Shown: piece by piece, positions 29,252 through 45,767 of the stretch
Layout: the number at the start of each line of letters is the position of its first letter
Numbering within the stretch: position 1 is the stretch's first letter
Origin: the human T2T-CHM13v2.0 reference genome, Homo sapiens
DNA length: 64,000 bases
Assembly: GCF_009914755.1 (NCBI RefSeq)
Contig: NC_060936.1
Reading direction: 5' to 3' (one strand)
Position numbers and translations under genes: made by a program
The notes under the pieces: generated by a model
Told to the model about the DNA's origin: nothing
Database searches by the model: none
The model's input: the letters and a program-made list of their open reading frames with translations, nothing else

Positions 29252-30476
29252 CTTTTTTTTTGCCAGTAGTCCTCAGTCAGGGGTGATTTACCCTTTATGG
29301 GACATTTGGCAATATCTGAAGATATTTTTGGTTGTCACAACTGAAAGTGACGGTGCTGCTGTCATCTAGTGGCCAAGGATGCTGCTAAAAATCTCACAAT
29401 GCACAGGACAGCACTTCACAACCCTGATACGTAATAAGAGATATAAGACATGTGAGAGGGGGAGGGAGAGGGAGAGAGGGAGGAAGGCTCAGAGGCAGGA
29501 AGAGGAGGAGGAGGAGGAGGAGGAGGAGGGAGGGGCGATGAGAGAAAGGGAAGGAGGAAGGTTTCTAGATTATGCATAAAAAACCAAACAGAGGTGTATA
29601 AGCCACCTGTTACAGTGGATAATTCTGGATGGTGGTTTGCAAATAATGTTGCATTTCTAAGTTAAACAATTCTGTATTGTTTGAAATTTTCTCTTACAAT
29701 GACCTTGCATGACTTTAGTAAGTAGGGGAAAAAATCAATTTTTTAAAAGCTGCCCCCATTTCTCTGAGCAGCATTTCAAGTGTGCCAAGGATGTAGAGAC
29801 CCCCAACAAGCACACGTGCACACACACACATGCACACAACACATGCACACACACACGCACACACAGAGATCCTGTGTGTTTCAGCTGAGGAGACTGAAAC
29901 GCAGCAGGAGTGAAAGCTAGGTCAGATGCCACCCATCTCAGCACAACTTCCACCGCCCTTTCAGTTCCTAAAAGGTTGGGGGGAGAGGTGGGCCAAGCTG
30001 CTGGTTAAGTCGTCCTCACAAGGTCAGAAATGTACAGATACTGTCTTCACATCTGTTCAAGGGAATGTTGATGAACATTAGGTTCTCCCAGCCCACTGGC
30101 CTCTATGGCCTACAGGTGTGAATTAGAAGGGCCACTTCTGGGTAGATTAAATTAGAAAAAGTTGCCCCTTCTGGGTAGCTATGGCTCAGCAATCAAGTGG
30201 GGGCTGGATTTCAGCCCATCCATCTACCGCTCTCCTCAGGTGTCTTTGTGCAGTGCACATCCTGAACAACTGCACATGGTGGCCCTAACTCCTTAACATT
30301 AAACCAGACATTCTTCACATCCTTGTCTGGGAGAAAAACTAGTCATTGTCTGGGCAGCCCCAAGAAGTATATTTCTGTTCATTCTCCCCCTCCTTGAAAC
30401 CTGAGAATTTCCATGCTCCACTCCCCAGTGCTATGGAGGGACGCCAAACCAGGCTTAGCCCCAGCCCTGGGGTTGA

Positions 30477-30659
<183 letters not shown>

Positions 30660-30698
30660 GGTGCATGCATGGGGCCACCTTTGCAACATAACCGAAAG

Positions 30699-30704
30699 AA
30701 TAAA
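30699..30704 (+). terminator. CCDC63: CCDC63 polyadenylation signal AATAAA
   Basis: Canonical hexamer just after the stop, followed by a U/GU-rich tract (tgttttgttctgt). Confidence 0.85.
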
Positions 30705-31060
30705 TGTTTTGTTCTGTAGCCTCGTGCCTGTCACACACATTACTAAGGGCTTTGGGTACTGGGGCCACCTCTGGGCTGGGGCCGAGGAGCGAGAAGTAAA
30801 AGCGGGAACAGGGAGTGGGAACCATGTGAGTCCATCAAGGCCCCTGGAAACCTCTGAGCTGGAGACCAGCACAGGCCACCCCCAGATATGCAGAGACATG
30901 GATGCAGATGCGGTCCACCAGATGTAACAGGGACTAGCCCGGGGGAGGGGCCATGCTGGAGCCAAAGTGTGGATCCTGAGACGCCCCTGGCCACCCGAGG
31001 TGTGGCAAACACTCACAAATGGGAAGTGGGAGCTGGGGGCGTGCTGGATCTGCTACTCTG

Positions 31061-31895
31061 GGTGTGTCTGTGTACATGTGTGTATATCTGTGTTTCTGAG
31101 TGTCTGTGTCTCTGTGTGTTTGTATCTATGTGTCTGTATATATGTCTGTGTATATCTCTTTGTGTATCTGAGTGTGTCTCTGTGTCTGTGTGTCCATGTA
31201 TGTGTGTACCCGTGTGTGTCTCAGTATCTGTGTGCATCTCCATATGTCTCTGTGTCTCTGTTTCTGTGTGTCTCTGCGTGTCTGCACCGGTGTGTGTCTC
31301 TGTATATCTCTGTGTCCGTGTGTGTCTCTGCATGTCTGTATCTGCGTGCATCTCCGTATGTCTCTGTGTCTCTGTCTCTGTGTGTCTCTGCATGTCTGCA
31401 CCTGTGTATGTCTCTGTGTGTCCCTGTCTATGTGTCTCTGTATGTTTCTGTGGCTCTCTCTGTGTGTGTCTCTGTGTGTCCCTATCTGTGTGTCTCTGTG
31501 TGTGTCTCTGTATGTTTCTGTGTCTCTCTCTCTGTGTGTCTCTGCATGTCTGTATCTGTGTGCATCTCTGTGTCTCTGTGTGTGTCTCTGTATGTCTCTG
31601 TGTGTCCCTGTCTGTGTGTCTCTGCGTGTCTGTATCTGTGTGTGTCTCTGTATCTCTGTGTGCATCTCTGTATGTCCCTGTGTCTCTGTCTCTGTGTGTT
31701 CTGTATGTCTCTGCAAGTCTGTACCTGTTCTTGGGATTCTCTTTTTTTTTTTTTTTGAGCCGGAGTTTGGCTCTGTTGCCCAGGCTGGAGTGATCTCAGC
31801 TCAGTGAGTGGTGTGATCTCAGCTCACTGTGTATCTGTGTGCATCTCTGTATCTCTCTGTGTGTCTCTGCATGTCTCTGTCTCTGCGTGTGTCTG
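31061..31895. repeat. (GT/CT)-rich compound repeat (gtgtctct-type) downstream of the CCDC63 polyA site, with a short Alu fragment inside
   Basis: tgtgtctctg variants throughout; Alu piece at 31742-31829. Confidence 0.9.
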
Positions 31896-32423
31896 TCGTG
31901 GGTGAGCATGTCACTGTGGAGCTGAGTCCAGGGTGTCTTGCCCAGAACCACGCACTGCCCTGGAGTGTCCTGAGTCCCGCCTTCTTGGTGCCGGACTGCA
32001 TCTCTGACCACAGGAGCCCGGGTATGAGGCTCTCGGCCTGGACCAACTCTGGAGTGCAGGGAAGCCGTGAGGGGCGAGGGTCACCACAGGGTGTGGGGTG
32101 TCCTGGGTCATGGGGATGGGGCCATGACTCCCCTGGGTCCCTGCCCACGCAGCCTGCTTTGAAAGGGGCCCCAGGTCTCTGCAGCCAGGGGACAGTTTCA
32201 TTCGTCTTGTTAATGGCTCAGCCCTGAGCTCCTCCCACTGTTGTCATTGTCAAGCCTTGAGGACTGGCCCTAACTGTGGCTCCTCTGGCCTCCTGGGTCC
32301 TCCTGCCTTCACTGTGACCCCAGCTCCACTCCGTCACCACATTTCAGCTTCTTCCCATCACATCACTGACTTGGGCTGTGTCCTGGGTTCTTGGGTTCTT
32401 AGGAGTCTCTCTCTCTCTCTCTC

Positions 32424-32707
32424 TTTTTTTTTTTTTTTCCGAGACGGAGTTTGGCTCTGTCGCCCAGGCTGGAGTGATCTCAGCTCAGTGAGTGGTGTGA
32501 TCTCAGCTCACTGCAACCTCCACCTCCCGGGTTCAAGTGATTCTCTTGCCTCAGCCTACTGAGTAGCTGGGATTACAGGCATGTGCCACCATGCCTGGTT
32601 AATTTTTGTATTCTTAGTAGAGACGGGGTTTTGCCATTTTGGCCAGGCTGGTCTCGAACTCCTGACCTCAAGCCATCTGCCTGACTCGACCTCCCAAAGT
32701 GCTGGGA
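32424..32707 (-). mobile_element. Slightly 5'-truncated Alu with a private internal duplication
   Basis: TSD gggttcttaggagtctc (32393-32409) / gggttcttgggattctc (32708-32724). Confidence 0.85.
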
Positions 32708-34041
32708 GGGTTCTTGGGATTCTCTTGAAAACTTGAAGTACCCGAAGTCCACTCCCTGCTTCTTCTTGGGTTTTCCTCTGGGGAATCTTCCCTCCCATCT
32801 CCAGGCCATATGGTTCAGGAGGACTCTGATTTCAACCCCAGCACAGGGCTGATCATTTGAGCCAGGCCTGTCCATCAGAGCACTGCCCTTGCCAGTCCAT
32901 GGTGATTGGCTCAGGGGTGTCAAGTGCCCCAGAGGGATCCCACAAGGCCCTGTTCTGATGTTTGTGTGGAGCTGGAAGAGAGAGGAGTACGCTCTTCTAG
33001 GATTGCTGAGGGGCTGGAAAAGGGGCAGGAGCTGCTCTTAATTATTTTGCCACTGCTGAGAGCAGAGCAACGTGACAGAAAACAGAGGCCTCCCCAGCCT
33101 CTGAGGGCACTGCCTGGGCTCCTAGGTGCAATTGTGCTTGAAGCCCTTGGACTTCTTAGTTATTTGAACCTATTTCTGTTTTTTTTTTTTTTCCTTTTCT
33201 AAGAGACAGAGTCTTACTCTGCCACCCAGGCTGGAGTGCAGTTCACTGCAGCCTCGACCTCCTGGGCTCAAGCGATCTTCCCACTGCAGCCTCCTGGGTA
33301 GCTGAGACCACAGGTGCACACCACCATGCCTGGCTATTTATTTTTTATAGAGATTGGATCTCACTATGTTGCCTAGGCTGGTCTCAAACTTTTGGGCTCA
33401 AGTGATCCTCCTGCCTCAGCCTCTCAAAGCGCTAGCATCACAGGCGTGAGCCACCACACCTGGCCCTATTTGTTTCTTACACTGGGACTCTTGCAGCCAT
33501 AACAGACCTGAATGCTTCAACCGTGACTGTGGTCATTCAAAATCAAAGGTCAACTCACATCCAGGCCTGGGCCCCAGACAGAGACAGAAGTCAGTACCAC
33601 TCCCTCAGTTTGCTAGGGAAGAAGTACAGACAACTTCTACTTTATCTGAAACTAGAAGTCACCCTCTTAGGATTAGCAGGTGTGATTACTGTTGAACGAG
33701 CTATGTTCCTACCATGTGTCAGTCCGCTTCCTTCTTGTCACTGTCACTGGCAGGAGAGGCATTCCGATGGCATCCCAAGGGACAGATGTCATGGAAGCAA
33801 GGCCCTCTAAATGCTTGAGCTCTTTGGAAGAGAGGGCTTTGGTCATCCAGGTAACATTCCAGGAAAACGTGATCCTTGATAGAAACAGTTCTGAGTGGCT
33901 GCAAAGGTCTACCTTAAATAAAGAGTCACCAAGATTCAATAATAATGACTGCAAGGCTGTCACTAGCTCATCTGCCTTTGCCTTCCTTACACAAGGCACT
34001 GTTTGTCAGAGAAATGTCGTGACCAAATACACGACCTCCTG

Positions 34042-34047
34042 TTTATT
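34042..34047 (-). terminator. MYL2: MYL2 polyadenylation signal AATAAA
   Basis: tttatt on + at 34042-34047, ~210 nt past the MYL2 stop codon. Confidence 0.88.
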
Positions 34048-34259
34048 GGAACATGGCCTCTGGATGGATTTCCAACTGTAGGATGTGCGGCCACGAAGTA
34101 CCCATAGCCACCCAGGCTGCAAAGAAGATGGAGGTGGATAAATGGGGCAGCCACATGGCTAACAGACAAGGTAGGGACAGAGGCGGTACTCGGGGGAGAG
34201 AGATGAGGGCAGGGACCACTCTGCAAAGACGAGCCCAGGGCGCAGCAGCGAGCCCCCTC

Positions 34260-34358
34260 CTAGTCCTTCTCTTCTCCGTGGGTGATGATGTGCACCAGGT
34301 TCTTGTAGTCCAAGTTGCCAGTCACGTCAGGGGGGAAGGCGGCGAACATCTGGTCAAC
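34260..34358 (-). CDS. MYL2: MYL2 exon 7 CDS: [32 protein letters not shown]
   Basis: cattgcag acceptor, TAG at 34262-34260; recognisable C-terminus of the ventricular regulatory light chain. Confidence 0.98.
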   Translation of the reverse strand, partial: VDQMFAAFPPDVTGNLDYKNLVHIITHGEEKD

Positions 34359-35737
34359 CTGCAATGAGCCAGCAACACGTGCTAAGGACGAGGGGAGGGG
34401 AACTGAGACGGAGGGTGGGGGGCTGTGGGCGGGGCCTGAGTGGACGGATAGCTGGGGGGTGGGGGATGGGAACATGGGCCACTCAGAGGGTCCTCCGGGG
34501 AAGGACTTCCCCAGCTGCTGCAGGGCCCCCTCGCCCAAGGTCATGCCCTTTCTGGGGCAGCCCACAGCCAGCGGATGGGATTGGTGTGGGGGTATAAAGG
34601 CACGGCCATCTCGCCCAACTTGGTACCTCTCAGGAGAGCTGTAGAATAAGCTCCCTCCCTGGGTAGTCAGCAGTGCCGATCTTTGGGCCTAAATCTTGGC
34701 TCAACTTCTTCCTTCATGCACTTTTCCTTCCTTGCCCTTCCCTGTTCTTCCTTTCTTGCCCTTCCCTGTTCTTCCTTCCCTGACCCCAAGGGCCCTCCCA
34801 AGTAAACATCATGCAGAGATGTCCCTGGAAACCCAGCCTTCCACTGGGATCACAAACTCAAGGGTTCCGAGGGGCCAGGCAGGTTATGCAAGGGAGCAGG
34901 ATAGGTCCTATGGCTAAATGGAGACACGTGGCCATCTAAAAAGGTGACATGAAGTGACCACAGGGTCCAGGGTGTCAGAAATCTAGATTTTTGTTTTTAC
35001 ACAAAATTTCCCCATTTAAAAAGCATTGGCTAGTTATTATTATTATTTTTTTAAAACATACTGGCTATTCATAGCTAGCACTTATATTGCCCTTGCCACA
35101 AGTTCACACTTTCCCCACATTAACATGTCGAATCCTCGCAATCTCCTATGAGGTAGCTTCTATTATTATTCCCACTTTACAGATGAGGAAATTGAGGTGC
35201 AGTGAGGTTAAGGAGCTTGTTCAAAGCACACAGCAGGTGGAAAGTGAAGGCAGCCCTTTTAGCTGCTTGAATTTTGGGGGAGGGAAAATCTACATACAAT
35301 TTTTAGTAAAATGTGGAACTTGATGGAAACAGGCCTGTGAGGCTATGAGGGGAGCATTTAAAATCGACTCATTAAGGTTCACTAATAAGGTTGACGGCAC
35401 CATTGCTTGCTCATACAGAAGCTTTGGCAAATTAGCAAAAGTGCCCCTTCTACCAAACTCACTACCGCACCACCTGAGTTGAAAAAAAAAAAAATTATTA
35501 CCAGACACTTTACTGCCAGTTCTGGAAAGCTGTTGCAACAAATACACAGTCTGATGACTTTTATGAAACTGACATTTAGAAGAATTGTTCAGTGCACAAC
35601 TCACATGACAGTATGTGGCGGCCCTTCACGCCATAATAATGTCATGCTCTAAGCAGGTCTCTATGCATCGTGAGCAAGGCAGAACCTGCAGTCACGCAGA
35701 CCTAGGTTTGAATCTAGGTCCTGGCATTTACTATTAG

Positions 35738-35911
<174 letters not shown>

Positions 35912-36278
35912 TAATTTTTGTATTTTTAGTAGAGACAGGGTTTCCTCATGTTGGCTAGGCTGGTCTCAAACTCCTGGTCTCAAGTGATCCTCCTGCCTTG
36001 GCCTCCCAAAGTGCTGGGATTACAGGTGTGATTATTGTTATTTTAGATGAGTGACTTTACTTCCCTGGGTCTCAGTTTGCCTATCTGTAAAATGGCAGTT
36101 ATGCCAGTCCCTACCTCATAGGGTGGCAGAGAATGAAATGAGGCCAGGCCTCAGAAGACGATAGCTGGTTCTCTGTCAGTGTGGGGTCAGGGGTGCTTTA
36201 GACGAGAGGGGAGACGGAGCCCCCCAGAAGGAGAACCCAGGAGCTGGGTTAGAGGGAGTGCTTGAAGGACCCCATTAC

Positions 36279-36327
36279 CTCCTCCTTGGAAAACCTCTCC
36301 GCCTGCGTGGTCAGCATTTCCCGAACG
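36279..36327 (-). CDS. MYL2: MYL2 exon 6: (Y)VREMLTTQAERFSKEE
   Basis: ctctgcag acceptor, GAG|gtaatg donor; 49 nt. Confidence 0.97.
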
Positions 36328-36428
36328 CTGCAGAGAAAGGAAAGCAGGTGTTGGTGTCAGTTGTGTGTGTGTAGGGGGGACAGGGGGCAAGCAGGGAACC
36401 CCCTTCCTCCCCCACAGACCCCACTCAC

Positions 36429-36507
36429 TAATCAGCCTTCAGCACCCCTTTGCCTTCAGGGTCAAACACTTTGAATGCGTTGAGAATGGTTTCCTCAGGG
36501 TCCGCTC
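36429..36507 (-). CDS. MYL2: MYL2 exon 5: (G)ADPEETILNAFKVFDPEGKGVLKAD(Y)
   Basis: tttcag acceptor, TA|gtgagt donor; 79 nt; followed by a 101-nt intron. Confidence 0.97.
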
Positions 36508-36920
36508 CTGAAACGGAACACAGGGCTTACATGTACTGGGGGTGGCTGGGAACCACTGGCACCCCAGGCAGCAGGGCCCAAGTTCCCCCAGAGATGAAGG
36601 GGCCAGAGCAAGGCTGCTTTGCATGGAGGAAAAAGACCCTGCTTTCGTCTGATCACTGAGCCTCTGTATTTCGAAGAGAGGGCTGAGAACCCAAGGTCAA
36701 ACATCATCTAGATTTGAAAGCCTGGGATTCAAATCTTAACCCTGGCACTTGCTAGCCATGTGGCCTCAGACAAGGGACTTTCTGTCTCTTAGTCTCAGTT
36801 CCCCATCTGTAAACTGGTGATAAGAATAGAGCATACCTCCTAGTTGCTATTAAGTGGGGTAATGCATATAAAGTGGTTAGCATGAGGTCTGACTTAGGTT
36901 AAGTCTTGGAGCAATGTTAG

Positions 36921-37118
<198 letters not shown>

Positions 37119-37328
37119 TAGTACAGATGGGGTTTCACCATGTTGGCCAGGTTGGTCTTGAACTCCTGACCTCAAGTGATCTGCCCGCCTCGGCCTCTGA
37201 AAGTGCTGGGGATTACAGGCATCAGCCACTGCGCCCAGCCAAGTTGCTGTTTTCATTATTTTTTTCCAATGGTGCTTTATCTCTTTTAAAGTTAACCATC
37301 TTCTGCCAGCCCCCCCGAAGAAACATAG

Positions 37329-37360
37329 ACACATACACACAGACACACACACACACACAC
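37329..37360. repeat. (CA)n microsatellite next to the MYL2 exon 4 donor
   Basis: (AC)9 at 37343-37360 plus an imperfect extension. Confidence 0.9.
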
Positions 37361-37368
37361 GACCTTAC

Positions 37369-37473
37369 CCTTAAGTTTCTCCCCAAACATTGTGAGGAAC
37401 ACAGTAAAGTTAATTGGACCCGGAGCCTCCTTGATCATTTCATCAATTTCTTCATTTTTCACGTTCACTCGCC
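37369..37473 (-). CDS. MYL2: MYL2 exon 4: (G)[34 protein letters not shown]
   Basis: ccctag acceptor, G|gtaagg donor; 105 nt; contains the [18 protein letters not shown] regulatory-light-chain signature. Confidence 0.98.
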
Positions 37474-37660
37474 CTAGGGTAGGAAACACACACTCAGGGA
37501 CTCCGAGCTGGGGAGAAAGAACCATTATGACACTGCCATTGGCTCCTGGGATTCCACTTCAAGAAATCTAGTCTAGAAATCATCAGAGATGGGGTGGATG
37601 GAGGCAAAGATCTTTTCTGAGAAGATGTTCTTGACAGTGTTATTTATAATAACCAAATGA

Positions 37661-38014
<354 letters not shown>

Positions 38015-38897
38015 TAAAATAGTGTCTTCAGAACCTGGAACATTTGATGCAGATATTTTCATTTTTCACTCAAATGGGAAAGGCTCATGTTGTAAATTAG
38101 CCCTTCACAGTTGGAGGCGGGAGAGACAGATCAGGATCACCTGAGGGAACTTTTACAAGTTAAACCTGCTGTAACCCACAGCCGTGGAGGTTCTGATTTA
38201 CCTGCTCTAGTCCTGCCACAAGCCTAACTTTGTGCAAATAAGAAAAATCTGTCATTTTTTAAGCCAATGTATGTTTTAAGTATAAAAAGCTACACTCACT
38301 ACAAATGTGAATACTTCCCTGTAGAATTGTGCAGTGCGCAGTCTGCACAGCTGTGTATGGTTGCCCTGAGTTCTAAGGTCAGGAGTAAGTGGTGGTGGCG
38401 GGTAGCAGATTGGGCATGTATATTTTGAAGAAACTCCATGTACTCATGCTCACACTGTTGAGATGATACATTTTAGAAGATAAATTCGAAAGAGAATGAT
38501 TCCAATAATTTAAAAAACTAAAACCCAAACCTAACAGACATGTCTAGAAAGACTTAGAGGAGGGACTGGAATGTTCACAGTGGAATATGACCTTCTGGGT
38601 GATGTCATTTTCTCCTTTATACTTTTCTGCATTTTTTCCCCATTTTCTGTTGTGAGCTGACATTGCATTCAAAATCACACAAAAAAGTTATTTCAAGAGA
38701 AAAAAAAGATATCTGAAGGTACTCAAAGACTAAACACTTCTTTCCCATCCCCTGAAATTTGTCTTAAAGACCAGTTGTGGCAGAGTTGTTTCTTTGGGAA
38801 ATGACACCATCTTGAGCTTTTCTGATGGTCCCACCTCCTGCTCCTCATGGATGTGAGATAAAGAGACCCTCATGCAGGGCTAGAGAGGGTGACATAC

Positions 38898-38973
38898 CAA
38901 GGGCAGCAAAGGTGTCTCTCAGATCGTTCTTGTCAATGAAGCCATCCCTGTTCTGGTCCATGATAGTGAAGGC
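38898..38973 (-). CDS. MYL2: MYL2 exon 3: AFTIMDQNRDGFIDKNDLRDTFAAL (EF-hand loop DQNRDGFIDKND)
   Basis: ttccacag acceptor, G|gtatgt donor; 76 nt. Confidence 0.98.
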
Positions 38974-39149
38974 CTGTGGAAGGGAAGTGATTGGCAGCTC
39001 AGCCTGGGAGAAACTGGCAGAGTTGCCCAAGAGATTGGGCCAAGGACTTGGCAGGAGTGGATTCTGGGATCTTCAAAGATCATTGTAGGACCTCAGATTA
39101 AAAGTCAACAATTGAAGATAATCCAACAGTTTCTTCAAAACGTCAGGCC

Positions 39150-41280
<2,131 letters not shown>

Positions 41281-42286
41281 AAGCAGTCTGGTCTCTTTAG
41301 CATCATTTTAGCATAGTTCCCTCTGGAAAGCCAGGTGGGAATGTGGATGAGTCAGTGTGAGCCCTCGCAACGGCTGGAAAATGAATTCTGAGCCTGTCCA
41401 TCCAAGCCCGTGTGCAGTTTGGCCTAATTGGTACTTTGGTTCTCTTCATAAGGTCCATTGCCATCAAATGCGATGGGGTTTCAAATGGGGCTAGTGGTTA
41501 ATAATCAAAGACTGTAAAATGTAAAACCCAGAAGATACTGCTTTTCACCTCTCAGACTGGCAAAAAAAAATTGTGACTATTAATACCCAGCGTTGATGGA
41601 AATGTGGGGAAAGGCACGAGGCTGCTGGGCATAGGAATTAGTGCTGTGATTTTGGGGGGCAATTCGGACCAGCAGTTCTGCCTGTTTTTAGTTCTTTTGT
41701 TGTTGTTGTTTTAAGTTCCTTTGACCCAGCAGTTCTGCTTTTAGGAATTTACCCCCAAGAAATAACCAGAGATACAAGCAAAGAGGTGTTATTTATAGTA
41801 GTAAAACATTATAAACAAATGTCATATTTAACCATAGGAAATGGTTTAAATACATGATAGGAAATGTTAATGGTGAATTTCTCAACGAAAAAAATGCAGG
41901 TGTAATCAGTGGGCACAGAAGATTATAATTTTGTTTAATAAATATATACATAGATAACAAAAATGGTTTGAAGGGTATATACTAAAATGTGAACTGATTA
42001 TCTCTGGGTAATAGAATTGTAGGTAGTTTTTATTTCCTTTTCTGTGCTTTTCTGAAAAATTTTCCAACATTTTTCAACATGGAATATGTTTTACTTTGAT
42101 AATCAGTGAAAATATTAAAAATAGTTTCTTTTAAAAATTCACACATCCGTTCAGGCCGAATTTGGGATTGTTTGGAGGATAGAGGCATCTAATGAAAGGT
42201 CCCTGCTGGGAATATGGAACAAAAAGAAGGTTCTCCCTCGTGGGTGGGATTTCCATCCAGGCGGATGATTCAATAGCTGCACCCAC

Positions 42287-42376
42287 CTCCTTAAATTCCT
42301 GGATTTGGGTCTGTTCGAACATGGAGAACACGTTGGAGTTGGCGCCCCCGGCTCTCTTCTTTGCTTTCTTAGGTGC
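42287..42376 (-). CDS. MYL2: MYL2 exon 2: [30 protein letters not shown] (includes the Ser15 MLCK site)
   Basis: ttttcccccag acceptor, GAG|gtgggt donor; 90 nt. Confidence 0.98.
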
Positions 42377-43709
42377 CTGGGGGAAAAAAGCATCGATTAA
42401 AAGAGTGAGAGGCTGGGAGTCAAAAAACTAGGTCAGGCCCCTACTCTGGGTGTGTTCATCTCTGTTGCAGGGCTCAGCTGCCCATCTGTGAAATGTGGGT
42501 ACAGCATCCACACTCAGGTCTCCAAACGGTGATGCTGGAGGGAGCAAAGGACATGACATGAAGTTTCTCCAGAGCCCTCTGGTACCAGTGGATCATAAGC
42601 GTTTGTGCATCTTGCAGTGGCTCCTTCACCAACTAGGAGAAGCCACAGGTGTGTCCCTGGGGATGGAGGCCACACCTTCAGATCGCCCCTGCAGGATCCA
42701 GCCACTTTTGTTCTGATGCATTTCACAAAAAGCTCAGTAATGCACAGAAGGAGAATTGATTGGAGGGAAAGAAAAAGTCAGGCTCACTAAGCCATGATGA
42801 ATGCCAAGATGAAATGACAGTTCTTCAAGGTGTTAAAACCCAACTGCGCCCCACACCCCACAATTTTCCCTTGCTCCAAATGGCAGCAAAACCTCCTCTC
42901 TGAATGCTCCGTCCTTGCACCACATCAATAGGGCAGAGAAGAGCGAGTTGACCTTTCTTCCCCACCCCACTTCTCTCTGACTTTCAATAACAGCAAATGA
43001 TTCGGTACTCTACATATGTATTATTTAATTCTCATAACCACTCTGTCAAGTGGATACTATTATTATCATCCCCATTTTACAGGAGAGGCAACTGAGGCTC
43101 AGAGAGGTTGGGTCACTTGCCCAAGATCACACAGCCACACACACAGAAGGCAGAGCCGGAGTTGAACTTGGGCGTTGAACTTGGGGAGTTGAACTTGGGC
43201 ATTCTGACTCCAGAGTTCCTGCCTCTAACCACTCTCCCTCCTGTGCTGACCCTGATTTGGGGACTGCCCACTTCAGGAGGGGGACACCTAACCCAACAGC
43301 ACAGAAAGAAAGGTTTTAAATTTGCAAGTTCAAAAGGTGAAAACAAAAACATTCTTTTTCCCAGCTGCCTGAACAAGAGAAAAGAATTACAATTTGATCC
43401 TTAAAAGCATTCAATCCCATTTTGCAAGTCCTGGGAGTTATTGATTCCTCGAGAGGTCAGTAGACAAGCCATAAAAAAGCCAACTCTCTTATTTTGTGTT
43501 TGTGAGTCCCCGAGAGCTGCTGTTATTTGTGGCCTATCGGGGCATTGATTGGGGTTCCTCTGTGCCCGCGCAGTCAATGGGGCTTTTTCCACAAGGGGCT
43601 GGAGGCTTTGAGGGCCGCCTTCCTCCCCCTCCGCCGTGGTCCCTCGCTTGTAGTGGCTTCCTCTCCTCGCCCACCCGGCATCATCACCTCCTGGAGCCCT
43701 TGTACTCAC

Positions 43710-43712
43710 CAT
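43710..43712 (-). CDS. MYL2: MYL2 exon 1 coding part (ATG only); 5' UTR extends to about 43760-43780
   Basis: ttccaccATG|gtgagt on the - strand: Kozak context followed immediately by a consensus donor; the spliced CDS totals 501 nt. Confidence 0.96.
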
Positions 43713-43785
43713 GGTGGAAAGGACCCAGCACTGCCTCCCGAGAAGAATTCCACACTCCGCCCAGCTCTCTGCAGCCCAGGAACAA

Positions 43786-43953
43786 TAAATACTTCCTCCC
43801 CATGTTTAAAAATAACCCCATGACCGCTTTTGGCAGTCATAGGTGAGGCGGGCACCACCTAAGGCCCCCCCACCCCATGCCGTTCTTCTGAAGTAAGGGT
43901 GGCTCACTCGCCACTGGGTGACACGTGAGCCCCCAAAAAGGCATTCAAGGTTA
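43786..43953 (-). promoter_or_regulatory. MYL2: MYL2 proximal promoter: TATA-like TATTTA (43786-43791), 28-bp HF-1 element with MEF2 site (43807-43834), probable HF-2 (~43885-43896), CACGTG E-box (43922-43927), HF-3-like TAACCTTGAATGC (43941-43953)
   Basis: - strand GCCAAAAGCGGTCATGGGGTTATTTTTA matches the rodent MLC-2v HF-1a/HF-1b element as recalled; TTAAAAATAA (43806-43815) fits MEF2 YTA(A/T)4TAR; the HF-2 and HF-3 assignments are from memory and spacing. Confidence 0.88.
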
Positions 43954-44260
43954 AAGAGGCAGTAGCTGGGTCATGGTCACGGGGAGAGATGCTGCGCGCT
44001 CTCTGCGGTGCTTGGGCCGGGGACACTTGTGCTTGTCAATTTTGAGAAAAAAAATGGCAGGGAGAGGAGACTGCTAAAATGCTCTGTTTTATCAGCCTGG
44101 ATCTGGCCTCAGGGTCTTTGCACCTGTGTGCCCTCTACCTGGAATGTCTTTCTGTCAGTCATCGCACGGCTCCTTCCTTCACCTCCTTCACTGCATCTTT
44201 GCTCATATGTCATCTCCTGAGTGAAGCCTCCCCGACCACCATCTTTAAAATAACCATGAA

Positions 44261-45767
<1,507 letters not shown>

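Noticed and set aside
30888-31807. Cys/Val/Ser-rich ORFs of 200-300 aa in several frames
   Set aside because: Products of the GT/CT compound microsatellite; being open in multiple frames is typical of simple repeats
34427-34600. GC box, ATTGG and TATAAA on the + strand in MYL2 intron 6 (possible antisense promoter)
   Set aside because: CCAAT-TATA spacing is only ~8 bp and no downstream exon structure is visible; likely chance
43159-43200. Three tandem copies of gttgaacttggg
   Set aside because: Local slippage within a MIR remnant; no spacers, so not CRISPR-like
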